DNA from: Octopus vulgaris
Taxonomy: Eukaryota
DNA: 64,000 bases
Reading direction: 5' to 3'
Assembly (NCBI GenBank): GCA_951406725.2
Contig: OX597816.1
Location: 2,480,001-2,544,000, forward strand
The stretch's first letter is position 1; every line of letters starts with the position of its first letter. The translations under genes and the position numbers were made by a program. Below are positions 29,251 to 42,150 of this stretch, piece by piece. The notes under the pieces were generated by a model. The model searched no databases. It saw only the letters and a program-made list of their open reading frames with translations, and was not told the origin of the DNA.

Positions 29251-31419
29251 CTCTCATTTATCTGTCAAACTAAAAAAAAAACCACTTGTTAGTTTCTCTA
29301 CTATCTCTTTGCTAAACAAAGTAGTTAACCGTTAGTAGAAATTATCTCTTGAAAAAAAGAAAAAAAAAAAAAGAAAAATGCAAAGGAAAAATCTGTTGAG
29401 TCCAAGATGTCATACTAAACTGGAACAATGACAATCTTTTTTTTTCTTTTTTTTTTTTTTGTCCCTTGAATTCTATATAAATTCAGCCATTGTCATGACT
29501 TGGAACTTTCTTAGCTGGATGGCCTAGCTGATACAGTGGAATCCAAAACGAAGCTGTTGTGGAGGGAGGGGACCAAACCAACACCCCTGCCTAAGATTTG
29601 CTATTCTGCAGCCAAGAAAAACAAAATGAAAACCAAAACCAAATGTATTACTCGGGTGCCATCCTTTACTGTTTTGTTATTTCACACTATCGGATGGTAT
29701 TAGTTGATGATGTAGCAGAGTTATAAAGAAAAAGAAAAGACATTTGTATACAACTCCCCCCACCTCCCCCAACTGACAATAGTCAAAAGATGATGGTATT
29801 ATTGACAAATTTCATAAATACCTTTGTTACTGGATGTATTTGGTGATATTGTTGAGTGAATGATGGTTGAAAAAAAACCAAAAAAAAAACCAACAAAAAC
29901 AAAAAAATAACTTCAAGTCTGTATCAACTGATGATTATTAAATGAGAAGTGTTAATCAATTTATGCCCTAATTGACTTGTTTGTGTTTTAAAATATTCTT
30001 TACTTGTTTTTCCCCAACTTCTTTTGTCTCTTCTTCCCTTTTAATTCACATTTCAGCCATTAAATTTCACAAGAAATTTAGATTAACATTGAAAATGTTG
30101 AAGCTGGTTAATTCCTTACAAATATTTAGAGTAAAAATTCTTTATGGACTAAAGCCTGTCGTGATCCTCAGGACTCATAAGGGTAAGAGATTCTCCCAAT
30201 TTTCATGGTATGTGCGTGAATGAGATCTGAACACGCCCCACTGGATGGGGTGCCAGTCCCTCACAGGGTTAACTTCCCAGCTATTGCTGGAATTCACAGC
30301 TGAGTGAACTAGAGTAACATAAAATGAAGTGTTTTGCTCAACACCTTAACCACTCGGTCATGTACCTTTCCTAAAGTAATTTATAAAAAGAAAAACAAAA
30401 TACAACTTCTATAAAAGCCTGAAGGACATCTTTTAGGAGCTTCTGCTCAACCCAGTCACATGATTGCAAATATATTTTTTCCCCCATCAGTCATTTATTG
30501 CAGCTCCTTTGAACTGGGACAATGGAATAAACTATTCCAAGTCAAAACCCAAAGATCTGCTCTAAAACTGGAACTTGTTGTCCGTGAGCTGGTTTTCCAG
30601 TCCTTTATCTCCTAAACCATCTCACTTGTCTACTTGCAAACGTCAGATCGAAACAGGATTTGTTGAGATATCTCTTAAACTTCTTTTGTAAATCATAAAA
30701 AAAAAAAACATGTTCAAATCATTTTGTCATGAGCATTTCAGAAAGAAATGAAGATCCAACTGAAAATATATGAGTGTTTGAAAATCCCACAGATACATTT
30801 GCCCTTAGAGTAATTGTCAGGCTATACCTTTTGAATTCCAGGTACAACCCCTCTGACAGGCATCTATAGTCCACTGCAAGGAAATGGGTTGATCCAAGGC
30901 TCTAGAAAAATTACATTTGTCCAAGATGCCATGCAATAGGACCATTTCTAAGAACTCACAGTTGCAAAGCAAATTTCTTAACCTTTTGGCCATGCAATGC
31001 TTTAAAATAGAAATGTCAAAGATTCATGTATTTGAAAGAGAGACTGAGGTAAGAAAAACAGCTAAATACTAAAGATGGTTGCTTCTGGAATATAATTGTT
31101 CACAATCTCTCATTGACCACAACCAGTTCGTTGTTGTGACGATGGAAAACAACAAAAACTGTAATGGTCACACTTGTAAATCTTATAAGATAACCATGAA
31201 GACTTTATGGGATCTTTGCAGGTTAATGTGGAATGGATTGTTGCACAGCTGATGTCACACACAGCATGAAATCAGAAACTGGACCCCAGGGTTGAAGTTA
31301 AGACATTGTCTATAATTTAATCTATTATCTTGTTAGATTCTCCGTTTGTTTGATGATGGAACACAAACCTTCAATGTTCCTGCAATCCCACACCTTATCA
31401 ATTTAGCAAGATAGGAAGT

Positions 31420-31451
<32 letters not shown>

Positions 31452-31808
31452 CACTGCTTTATCAAAAGAATTGGAAAAGTTTTGTGTAAAAAAGAAATTA
31501 TAAAAGAACAAATGGAAATTATTTTGAAACGAAATCAAGTAAAGAATTGATTGAGTGACTTTATATAATGGATTCTGTAGAATATCAGAGATTCCATTAA
31601 AATTGAATTTTTAGATAAAAACAGTTGAGTGATTTGAGGATATGTAACTTTGAATTATTTATTCCATTGTAAACAAATTGAATGTTTGTTGAAGAGAATC
31701 ACTTTGTCAAGTTGCAGATAAAACATTATCAAACTGGATTACCATTCTGTCTATGTGCATTCCAACACATACATTGATTTTAGAGGAATGTAGAACAGAG
31801 AAAGAGTT

Positions 31809-31872
31809 TGAGGAATTTCAACCGTGTTTCGTAGTCTGCTACCACAACAGCTCCTTTATAGGATCCAGTTAG
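31809..31872. repeat. 64-bp direct repeat, copy at retrotransposon 3' end
   Basis: tgaggaatttcaaccgtgtt...ggatccagttag, 62/64 identical to 35581-35644. Confidence 0.95.
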
Positions 31873-34800
31873 CTCAAGACATCATCAGGAGAAACCACAT
31901 TCGGTTTCAGCCCCTACTCCTCTACCGTTTTGATGTGGCGGGGTTCCCTCCTTTCGGAGGTGTCTTCAGCTCTGGTGTTGGGTGCATATCTTCTTCTTTC
32001 TTCTGTTCCCTGGCCTCTTCGATGTAGCATCAATGAGTGTCAGCGGGTGACTGACTGACTTGCCAAATTTTTCCCTTTAAAAACATGCTGCTAGGCTCCA
32101 GCAAGCAGCCCCAGCAAGTTGTCACGTGACACTGTCTCAACTTTAACTGACCAATGAAGGCGCGTAGTCTTAGCCCACGCATTCTCTAAACGAGACCGTC
32201 ACCTGTCAATCAGCGAAGCTAATTCAGTGTCAGCTTGTCTCACCTAGTGATGTTATTTTCCTGCCAGCATGTTATGATTTTCAAGCCATTTTTGGTCATC
32301 CCTCTTCAGCCATATATAGAAGCTGGCTTTTACGGCTGCCTCCTGGACTCTCCTTATTAGTTTTCTCAGCTCCAAGCTAGAAAAAACAAATCTTCTTTTG
32401 AATAACTTTGTCATTTTTCTTTCAATGAAGCCCCTAGCCACCACTGCCAGGTAATAATATTCGACATTCCATCCCTGTTCTCTGCATTCTTCGATTAGCT
32501 TTTCATACCTCTTCTCCTTTTGTTCCTCTGCATTGCCGATGTTCTCTTCCCATGACGCTGTCAGTTCTAGCAAAATTCCTATTCTCTGTTCTCTGTCCCA
32601 TAGGACTAATTCTGGTCTTTTTGTCATTTTTATGAGTGGAAATATTACTAGTCTTTCCAAGTCCGTGGCCACCTCCCAGTATCCCTTCCATCTTTCGTCT
32701 ATCTTGTATACTTTACTTGTAGGCCTGGTTTTATAACCTTTTCCCTCCTTGTGGAAGTATACTTTCCTGCGCTTTTCTACTTTTGGGTACTCTCCCCTAT
32801 CATACCTTTCGATCTTCTCCTTGAGTGCTGCGCTTATGACGCCGAGGACTTGATTATGCCTCCATGTATATCTTTCAAGTGCTAGTCTGCAACCTGACAG
32901 AACATGTCTAACCGTCACTTTCTCTCCGCATCTACACTCATCGGTTGTTTTTATGTTCCACCGGACTAATTTCGCCGGTGAGGGTAGAACGTCGAAGGTA
33001 GACTTGATCAGGAAGGATGTCCTTGCTTGTTTCCAAGCCCAAAGTTCCTTCCATGATATTCTGCGGTTGATCACATATTCCTCCCATCTCAGGCACTGTC
33101 CCTGTTGACTGCATTGCACCAAATGTACATTTCTTCTTCCTCCTTTCTAACTTCATGTACCACTGCCTCTTTCATCTCTTTTATACTGCTCTTACAAAAT
33201 GGCCTGAACTTTTGCGACCCTAGGCCGGTTCTAGCTTCTTGCGTCGCTCCGACTATATCTGCGTGCCTTAGTTTTCCGATCACCCTCTTCCGCCTTCCAT
33301 TTCCTTCCTGTTCGTACCTTTGGAGGGTTTTCCCGGATGCTCTGATCTTTTGAATACCTTAGCCTCATTACTGTCTTTGCCTTTCCTGCCTTATATTCTT
33401 CAGTGATTGATGTTATTGGCAGTTGCAGCACGGGTTTTCCATATAGTGCAGTTGTATTCAGTGGTTTCGGCAAACCAAGCCATTTTCTGATAAACACACT
33501 GCATCTTTGCTCCATCCTTTCTACTTTACTCGAGGCTATTTCTTACATTTGCAATGGCCGCATTATTCTTGGGTACAGCCCAAATTGCAGTATCCAACAT
33601 TTGAATTTTCCCGGCAGCGTTGTTCTGTCAATTGCCTTTAATCCTTGTTCTACTAACTCATGTTTCTTTCCCTTGCTTCTTATCATTTAATAAATCTCTA
33701 TACCATCTGCCGAGACTCTTTACTGGTTTTTCTTTCACCGTTGGTATGTCTTCACTTCCTATCCTGAATTTCACTTCTTCTTGCCTTCTTTTCACGAAAG
33801 CCATGCTTCGAGATATTTTGGCTTTGAATTTCATTTTGCCCATCCTATCAGTTCATCCAACCGCTCTAAAGTTCCCTCTGCTGCTTCTCTACTTTCCAAT
33901 AATACAGTAACGTCGTCCATAAAAGCCCTTAATGGTGTCTTTGTAACAGCTTTCTCACAGTTTGTAGATCTAAGTAACATTTCCATGACTAGTACGAATA
34001 AGATGACTGATATCGTGCATCCGGCTGCAATACCTATTTCAAGCCGTTGCCACTCCGTCATGAATTTTCCTGCTGTAAATCTCATCCTCAGGTTGAGCAT
34101 TTGTTGAACATCTTTTGAAATCCAAAAGAAGTCCATCGCTGTTTTTATTATTGTGTGCGGAACAGATCCATAAACATTGGCAAGATCTAGCCAAACAATA
34201 AACAGGGTTTTCTTCAGTTATTTTGCACAGGTGATGGCTTCCCAGATGGCAAATGCATGTTCTATGCACCCAGGGATTCCTGCTTTTTAGATTGCTTCAT
34301 TAACGTACCTGTTATGTTGTACGAATCTTATGATTTGTCTAGCAATTATTCCAAACATGATTTTCCCGTCAGTATTTAATAGTGAAATTGGTCTAAATTG
34401 ACCTAGTGTTTTTGCCTTTTTCTTTAGGTAAAAAGATACCTTCGGCTATACACCTTCACTCCACTACATCTTTCTTCTTCCACATTTCTCTTATCAGTGC
34501 AAACAGCTGCAATCGTAATTTCGGGCAATATTTATATACCTTGAAGCTCATCTTTCCCTGGTGAACTTTTTGCTCTTGCTTTTCTTATGAACTCATCCAT
34601 TTCATCAAATGGTACTCTTGGTTCAGGTGGTTTCTTCAGTCCGTGCATTTCTGGGAGAACTTCATTTCTGTCAGAGTCGCTGTGTGTCTCTTTCAGATGT
34701 TTGAGCTCTTCTTTCGTGCAATCCAATTTTCCGCTTTTACTTTCAGTAAATAAATGTTTCACAAAGCTACGATAGTTCTTTTCTCTCTCCTTTCTTCTTT

Positions 34801-35580
34801 GTTTTCTTTGCTGGTCTCAATGCCCCCTTTTTTATCTCTTCATATAACCGTTTCAGCCCTTTTCTTTCCTCCTCCTTTGCATCCCTCCATCTGGTTCTGA
34901 GTTTTTGCTTCTTTTCTCGAATCTTTGCGATCCATCTTTCTCTCCTCGATGGTCCACTGTTTGCCATTGATTCTACCTTCCCTGTTGTTTCCAGTCCAAA
35001 TCTTTTCTCTCCTTCCTGGTAGATTGTATTAGCCAGGTTTTCGAGCTTTTGTTCGTCGTTGCCTTTGAATTTGGTGGTCATTCTTGCTACCTCGTTGTCA
35101 AATTTTTTATAACTCGCTGCGTCATTTGCTTTCGGCCACTTAATCTTTGTCCTCTTCACGCCTATCAGTCTTTTTGACTGTTCCAATTCAACTGTGGAAT
35201 GAACCTCACTATGGTTATTTTCCAGGGAGTTCTGGCCACGTCTTATGGTTTATCAACCCACGTTGTTGAATTACTTTCTTCTGACACACCTTCCCTTGGT
35301 GGATTCTCAGCCCGATGTAACTAGCAAACACCTTTCCGCAGCAGCTGAACTCCTCATCTACCATTCCCTTCTCATTGTCCACTTTGTTTTTTTCCGTCCC
35401 TATTTGATTCTTTATTCTCCCCCCCATGGTCCGGGATCATGATTTCCCATGCTTTTTCATTGCAATTTTACCTTGGATTGGGCTGCAAGCCCATTTGATC
35501 CTTCGTTACAGTCAAGCGTCTCTCCGCTTTGTCATCCCTCTTTCTGGATTGTCAGCAAGTCTTTCCCAGCAGTCAGTATC

Positions 35581-35644
35581 TGAGGAATTTCAACCGTGTT
35601 TTGTGGTCTGCTACCACAACAGCTCCTTTATAGGATCCAGTTAG
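35581..35644. repeat. 64-bp direct repeat, copy at retrotransposon 5' end
   Basis: Matches 31809-31872 with 2 substitutions. Confidence 0.95.
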
Positions 35645-37668
35645 AAGTCCTTTCAGAGGCAAATTGGCAAAAACTAAGGCCTTTGTTCTGGTTCTTTATG
35701 TTCTAAGTTCAAGTCTCACCAAGATCAGTTTTTGCCCGTCATGTTTCCAGGGAAGGGATTGTTAGTCTTGGACAAGACTATTCTGTGAGTACTTTTATTC
35801 TGCTCTTTACATTCTGCAAGGGCCTGCTGTGCAGCAGGGAAACTGTTTGCTTTTATGAAATGACTTTTTCCAGGCTTGGAAAAGAATTGTCCAGCTATAA
35901 ATTCATTGTCAACCCTGACCTTTGGAAGTCTTAAATAGATAAGCCCTGAGTCTTCTCAAGGAAAGCAATGGCTGTAATGTATTGTCTCTCCAAGAGTAAT
36001 TGAAGCAAAACAGCTTTAAACAAAAATTAAGAACAGGTCATGAATTGTGCTTTCCAGCAGAACTTTGATTCAAAACCTATTATAACCCCTGGCTCACAGA
36101 TTTAGTACTGACAGTCTGTGCTGTGTACTAGTATTAAACCATTGGGTATATACAGGCTCTTCACAGTGTGGCATATTTGACAACACAATGCTGCACCGAG
36201 TGAGACATCGTACTGCTCCCACACAGCGTTTTGATGCGGCCAGTGCCACTTCCCATCTGCAAGGGGTTCAGAGAAGAGTCCTTTATGTTATCCAACTCAT
36301 TCCTGCAGTTGTTGGCTGGGAATTGTTTTAGTAATCTTGGAAGATAGAAAAATAATTTTGGCAGGATCTGAACAATCAAAATACCAATTGTAGAGTCTTG
36401 AGATATTCCATCATTTAGCATCGGTTACAGGCAACCATTATCAGGATTTATCATATTCAGTGGATGGAAAATATCTAAAACTTGAGGCTTTATTCCAGCT
36501 GGTAAACTATGATGAACTTACCTGCAGATTTATCCACAATAACTTTAATGTAGAATGGATTCTTGCACAACAGGCAACCTACACAGCATCCGGATCCATT
36601 TCATCATTATAACAATAGTTGTAATGATGAAAAAAAGAAAAAATATCCTTGAAAGAAGAACTTGTTGATTGTGAGACTCGTTAGGTCTTGTCACACGTGG
36701 ACATAAAGTTTATACTTTAAAAAAAATTATTTAAAACAAAACAAAACTAAAAAATATGTGAATTTATTCTCAATTACAAATTTGGTTAAAAACATTGTTT
36801 AACAATTACTATCGAATTTAATGGTGATTATAAAGTGAATAGATTATGTCTGATGTTGAGGTTTGTCCATAGAGCAACATACAAATAAATAAAATTGCAT
36901 TGTATTAGGTTTGTGGTAGCATGTTGAGAGACAGCACGTTCTCTCGGCAGATGATGTGTTAAGAAAGTCAATCAGCAGAGAAGTAAGTTGCTAGCCTCTT
37001 CTGTTGATTCAAATGGACAAGATGCAAACTTTTTCTCTTCAATTGTTTATTTCTTCTTTGAACAATCAATACTGTGGAATGTTTTCTGTAGCAGAGAAAT
37101 TTCTCAAACAAGTCCCATGACAAAATATAAATAAAGAGAGAGACTGTCAAAGAACTTCTGTTGATGTTAACATTATGGCAGATATTGCACAAACTGCTGC
37201 TCTTAATTAGATGTTGATGGTCGATTCACAAAATATACAGGTGCTAGACTTGGAATCAGTCACCCTAACACTTTAATCTTTTCCTCAAGGCAGAAAAAAT
37301 AATGGCCATGAAATTTATTTAGGAATTTAAGTTGTCATGTTTTGGTTTGATTCCATTGTAAATTCTGGTCTGTCTGTGTATGTGAGACCGATATAAAAAA
37401 AAAAAGCAAATCAGTGCAGCTCTTTAAACAAATTCTGCCATGACATTTAATGTTTAAACATTTAATGTTTAAAACAAAACTCCCTGATATTTTAACAAAA
37501 TTAGAAAAGAATCAAATCTCTTTTCTGTTCGTTTTAGAAATTCATTAGAACTGAAGCTCTTGTCTTCATTAACAAACTGTTCATGACTGAATGAGTAAGA
37601 TTTCTTGAAGAAAAGTAGATTTCTTTCTTTTAACTGGGAGAAACTCCAAATTTTCTTTAACAAAGAAT

Positions 37669-37847
37669 TTAATCATACAAAGTCAAACTTTGGCCCCTTT
37701 CTACAATAATTTTTTCAAGTGAGACAAGCTGGTCCTTAATGCAGCATTGGTTAAGATATGGTAAAAAATAAGAAAGGCTTCCATTAGCAGGAACTAAATG
37801 CAAAACATCCGATGTCTTCAGCTTCTTTACCATTTCTGTAAGCATAT
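37669..37847 (-). CDS. HPS3: HPS3-like terminal coding exon
   Basis: tttttcaaag|AT completes GAT. Encodes DMLTEMVKKLKTSDVLHLVPANGSLSYFLPYLNQCC...TLYD-stop. VPANGSLSYFLPYL resembles the HPS3 C-terminal LPEDG...FFLPYL motif (recalled, not searched). Confidence 0.82.
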
Positions 37848-37939
37848 CTTTGAAAAATAAGAGCAAAAAATATATATATATATATAACACAGCCAAACCT
37901 CTTAAATTTGTGTATCACACAAACAAACACACACATATA

Positions 37940-38125
37940 TATTTCTTTACTACCCACAAGGGGCTAAACACATAGGAGACAAACGGATTAAGTCGATTAC
38001 ATCGACCCCAGAAGGATGAAAGGCAAAGTCGACCTCGGCGGAATTTGAACTCGGAACGTAACGGCAGACGAAATACGGCAACGCATTTCGCCCGGCGTGC
38101 TAACGTTTCTGCCAGCTCGCCACCT
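37940..38125 (-). mobile_element. tRNA-derived SINE family B (Meta-domain-like core)
   Basis: Minus strand GGCGAGCTGGCAGAAACGTTAG...GAGTTCAAATTCC...GTCGACTTTGCCTTTCATCC...GGGGTCGAT. Relatives at about 23500-23900, 24030-24390, 47480-47680, 48270-48475, 51460-51570, 62370-62570. Confidence 0.75.
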
Positions 38126-38139
38126 TTACACACATATAA

Positions 38140-38410
38140 ATCATGTGACACTCTTTCGGTTATGACAACAAGGGTTCCATTTGATCCGATCAACGGAACA
38201 GCCTGCTCGTGAAATTAACGTGCAAGTGGCTGAGGACTCCACAGACACATGTACCCTTAACGTAGTTCTCAGGGAGATTCAGCATGACAAGGCTGGCCCT
38301 TTGAAATACAGGTACAACAGAGACAAAGAGTGAGAGAAAATTGTGGTGAAATGCCTGGTCTTGGAATTGAAACCCCCGAGTCCACTGCCCTAACCACTGG
38401 GCCATTGTAC
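38140..38410 (-). mobile_element. tRNA-derived SINE, additional family
   Basis: Minus-strand head TGGCCCAGTGGTTAGGGCAGTGGACTC...GGTTTCAATTCC (A/B-box-like). Confidence 0.55.
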
Positions 38411-38559
38411 TTCCACATATATATATACATGTGGGGAACAACTATTTAAAAGTTTTAATCATTTTTATTTTGGTTATTTTTACAGCTGGTTTGGATCAGT
38501 AAAGTTCCTAAATCCATATTTGACCTTTACCAAACCTTCACAGCCACATTATCACAAAC

Positions 38560-39530
38560 TGAATCTATTTGATGTTTGTCTTGTTTCTTATAAACTGGTT
38601 GAATTTCAGTAGACATTGCTTCCAAAGGTTTATTGATTCTAAGCATTATGCCACGGAAGTCAAAAGCGTTGGTTTGTATCATGGTCAAATTTTGACAATT
38701 AGGATATTTTTATGTCAGTAACCACATGTTAATTTCTTTTAACATGTTTTACTTAACTTTGGCATTGTTTTACGAAATGAACATGGTTTCCATAGTAATC
38801 TATTTTTGTATGGAATTTTATAAAGTTTTCACCTCTAGTACTCTCCTATCTAATCTTGTTCTATAATGTGTGGTGTAATGTTGTACAACACCTCCATGAT
38901 GCAAGTGCATGGTGAGCTTATGTGACAGTGTTATACTGATCGACCCAATGTAACAGAGTCCTTAAATTTGTAATTTTCAGTTTTACAGTCAATTACATTG
39001 GACATCTACAGTTTGTTCTCCGGCTTGAATACTTGTGGTGTGTTGTTGATAAGGAAGATTTTGGTGTTTTTGTGTATTATTAAAGTTGACGGTTGGGTGT
39101 AACAAAGACATCTAAATCAAAATCCTCCTCATCAACAACAACACCACAAATATTTAAGAAGCCTGAGAACAAACTGTGAATGTCCAATGTGATTTATAAA
39201 TTTGACTATCAAAACTGAAAGTTGCAAACTTGAAGACTCTAACTGTTATACTGGACACACCAGTATAACACTCACCATACACTTACAAGGGGGAGCTGTG
39301 GAACAACATTGCAACACACATTATAAAACAAAATTAGATAGAAAACTACTAGAAGTGAAAACTCACTTTATAAAATTCCATATAAAAATAGATTAAGTAA
39401 TGTTTGATTGCAAAAAACAAGTCATGTGACTTGCTGATGCATGAAGCTAAATGACAAAAAATTCCTTCGGTGGAAAGTCTACAGGAATTCAATCGGTTTA
39501 TAAAAAACAACACAACTACCAAATATATTA
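38560..39530. repeat. Large diverged foldback (inverted duplication) centred near 39090
   Basis: For example, AATCTATTTTTGTATGGAATTTTATAAAGT (38796) pairs with ACTTTATAAAATTCCATATAAAAATAGATT (39365), and TTATAAACTGGTTGAATTTCAGTAGAC (38588) pairs with GTCTACAGGAATTCAATCGGTTTATAA (39477). Confidence 0.85.
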
Positions 39531-39818
39531 ACATTCTGGAGTCACTGTTACTTCTGCTATATATCAATATATATATATAAGGATGTGAGAAAATAGAAAG
39601 CTTCTGACAATGCAGAGAGTTTTATAAAATCTTCATATTTCAGGCACAAAGGCCCATCTTCAGAAGAAACAGCATCTGGATTCTACTTGGTGTACATTTG
39701 TTTGTGATGCAATTTGGAACTGCTGCTAAAACTGGCAGATGCCTTAGTCAGCCACAATCTAGTGTGTAATAACAAAACCTTTTAAAACAAACGACAGTTT
39801 AATAAAAGAAAAGCTCAC

Positions 39819-39900
39819 CTTGGAATATGGGGTAATAGCGGTTATGTTCTGTGCTATCTTCACTTATGAGCGTTTGAAATTTTTCCATTAAATATTTCCA
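39819..39900 (-). CDS. HPS3: HPS3-like penultimate coding exon
   Basis: attttcag|TGG...CAAG|gtgagc. Encodes WKYLMEKFQTLISEDSTEHNRYYPIFQ plus G. Confidence 0.85.
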
Positions 39901-40924
39901 CTGAAAATACGAACAGTTGAGTTATGTAAGAGTTAAAATCATAAAAAGTGTAAAAACTGACCATGTATTTTAGGAGTGAGAAGGTGAAGCTTGAGGGGGA
40001 CATGGGATGAAGTGGTGAGAAAGGTTCTTCAGATGCTGGGCCAGACATGGCTGTCCTCTGCATCCCTCGTCAGCTGAGCATTTCTAATCTTGTGGGCCCA
40101 TGGGCGCCACATGGAAGCACGTGTACAATGGTGGTTGGCATTTGGAAGGGCATCCAGCCGTAGAAAACCTGCCAAAACTGACATGGAGAATGGCCAGCTC
40201 CTGTCTTAGTATCCAATCCATGCTAGCAGAGGTAACAAATGTTAAATGATGATGAATTCAAAAATATCCACAAATGGCCCACCCTCCTTTCTTTTTCAGC
40301 TGGAGTATTCACGTAATAAGATAAGCAAAGGATTAACAGACGAAATCCATCTGCTCTCACATTATTTACAACAAAATCAATAAACCAAATGTTCAAATCA
40401 ATAAACTATGTTTGTTTTATCAACCTAAAACCATAGTTTTAAGGGACAGAAGGCAGAACTTGCCAAACTGCTGGCTGCAACGATTCACTACAAGAGTTAA
40501 TCCATTTCAAATCACAATTCTTCATAGATGCACTGTTTATCACTGGTAGGTTTGCTTTTTGCTTTTTGTTTTTTTTTTCTTAGCATAAATGTAAAAAAAA
40601 TCTGCTGCCACTGAGTGAGAATGCTGCTTTATTGAAAGAACTTTTCCCATGGCAGGATTTCAACTCAGTACAACTCAGATAATAAATAACAACTCAATTC
40701 CACAGCCCTTCCAATGTTTATAATTATGGACTACACCATCCAGGGGCCTCTATTTCAACATGTCTAATCTTACTCACTGAATGATGTTTGGGTCATGAGA
40801 TGGTATATCATGTGTCAATAACATGCACTGCTCATGAGGTACCCTAACAACATACCCCAACTTATATCATTCAGTTTGTTTCAATTGTTTAAGGATGAAG
40901 ATTTATATTCACCTTAATATATAC

Positions 40925-41875
40925 ATCCTCCAGGTATAGAAGCAAGGTCTAGAATCGAAGGGCCTTAGAGTTGATCTAGCAAAACCCAAAGTCTTAGTAA
41001 GTAGGAAAGCAGACAAATCACAAATCCCTGCAGGTAGATGGCCCTGCTTGATCTGTAGAAAAGGCATAGGTAGAAACTCCATAAGATGTACCCAGCGTTA
41101 ACTATGGACACATGAGAGATGCAGCAATATCAGAGGAAGGTTAAAGGGGAAAATAGCTTTTGTATGTGGAAGATGCACAGGTACAATAAATGCTGAAAAT
41201 GTGCAGAAAATAGACTCCATCAACTGTTAGGGGGTGTAAGCTAGAGGTAGTAGATAGCTTTCGTTATCTTGGTGACCAAGTTAGTAGTGGATGCTCCGAG
41301 AGTGTTGCTGTGAGAATAAGATTAGGCTGGGCAAAGTTCAGAGAACTCCGACTTCTGTTGGCAACAAAGGGCCTCTCTGAGAGTGAAAGGCAGACTGTAA
41401 TGAAGGGTTGTATGCTTGAGGAGACCCGTGAAGCCAAGTAAAATTGTAGTCATGACTGATGCTGTGTCATGAAACTGGCACATGAAGAGCACTTTCTGAG
41501 CTTTTGGCCTCAAGGAGGCAAAATGGTTAAGTTCTTTTTGAGTGTTGGGCCTCTCAGAGTGGCTGAGTTCCTTTCAAGTGTTGGGTCTCATGGAGGCAAT
41601 GACCAAGACCTTTGGTAATGTGTCATGCTTGAGAAGAAGAAGACCCATCAAGCCGAGCAAAATTGCAGTTGTGGCAGACACTGGTGTCATGCAAATGGCA
41701 CCCTTGCTGGTGGCACATAAAAACACCCATTACACTCTCAGAGTGGTGTGGTGTTAGGAAGGGCATCAAGCTGTAGAAACCATGCCAAATCAGACTGGAT
41801 CCTGGTGCAGCCTTGGTCAAACCATCCAACCCATGCCTGCATGGACAACAGACATTAAATGATGACGATGATCCT
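40925..41875 (+). mobile_element. Decayed RTE-family LINE, same family as 10328-11895
   Basis: KQGLESKGLRV...WPCLICRKGIGRNSIRC...VDSFRYLGDQ...GWAKFREL with stops, followed by the shared 3' UTR and GATGAC tail. Confidence 0.8.
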
Positions 41876-42150
41876 CCATATCTGATGACGTTTTCCTAAT
41901 CACCCATTTCTAATATTTCAAAACTTTGTTGAAATAATTTCGATAAAAAAATGTTATAAGCATCAAAATGACTTCATAATCATAACTGAAAGATGTATTT
42001 GAGTTTGTTGTTTGTGTAAAAACAAAACAAAAATCGCCACATGTCAAGCATACGTAGAAAACCTAAGACTGGATTGGAAAAGAATCCGATGTCCGACTGG
42101 CGGCTGCAGTTGTTGGAAATATAAAGAGAGGTCAGTGTTAAGAGACTTAC

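Larger units (their letters stand above)
31809..35644 (-). mobile_element. RLE-type non-LTR retrotransposon (HERO/R2-like clade), near full length, frameshifted
   Basis: Minus-strand ORF pieces in order: N-terminal Zn finger (CCGK...LRIHQGKVC), KIKWPKA, KARAKSSPG, RT (LEIGIAAGCTISVILF, RAFMDD), RKWLGLP, CCHC knuckle (CRCGE...HVLSGC...RYTWRHNQVL), restriction-like endonuclease (RPELV...LLELT..WEEN...KEKRY). Confidence 0.9.

Noticed and set aside
36161-36580. 86-aa minus-strand ORF with nearby CAG|GTAAGT donor (36521) and acceptor (36336)
   Set aside because: Splicing does not give a continuous frame and no motif is recognisable. At most a UTR intron downstream of HPS3.
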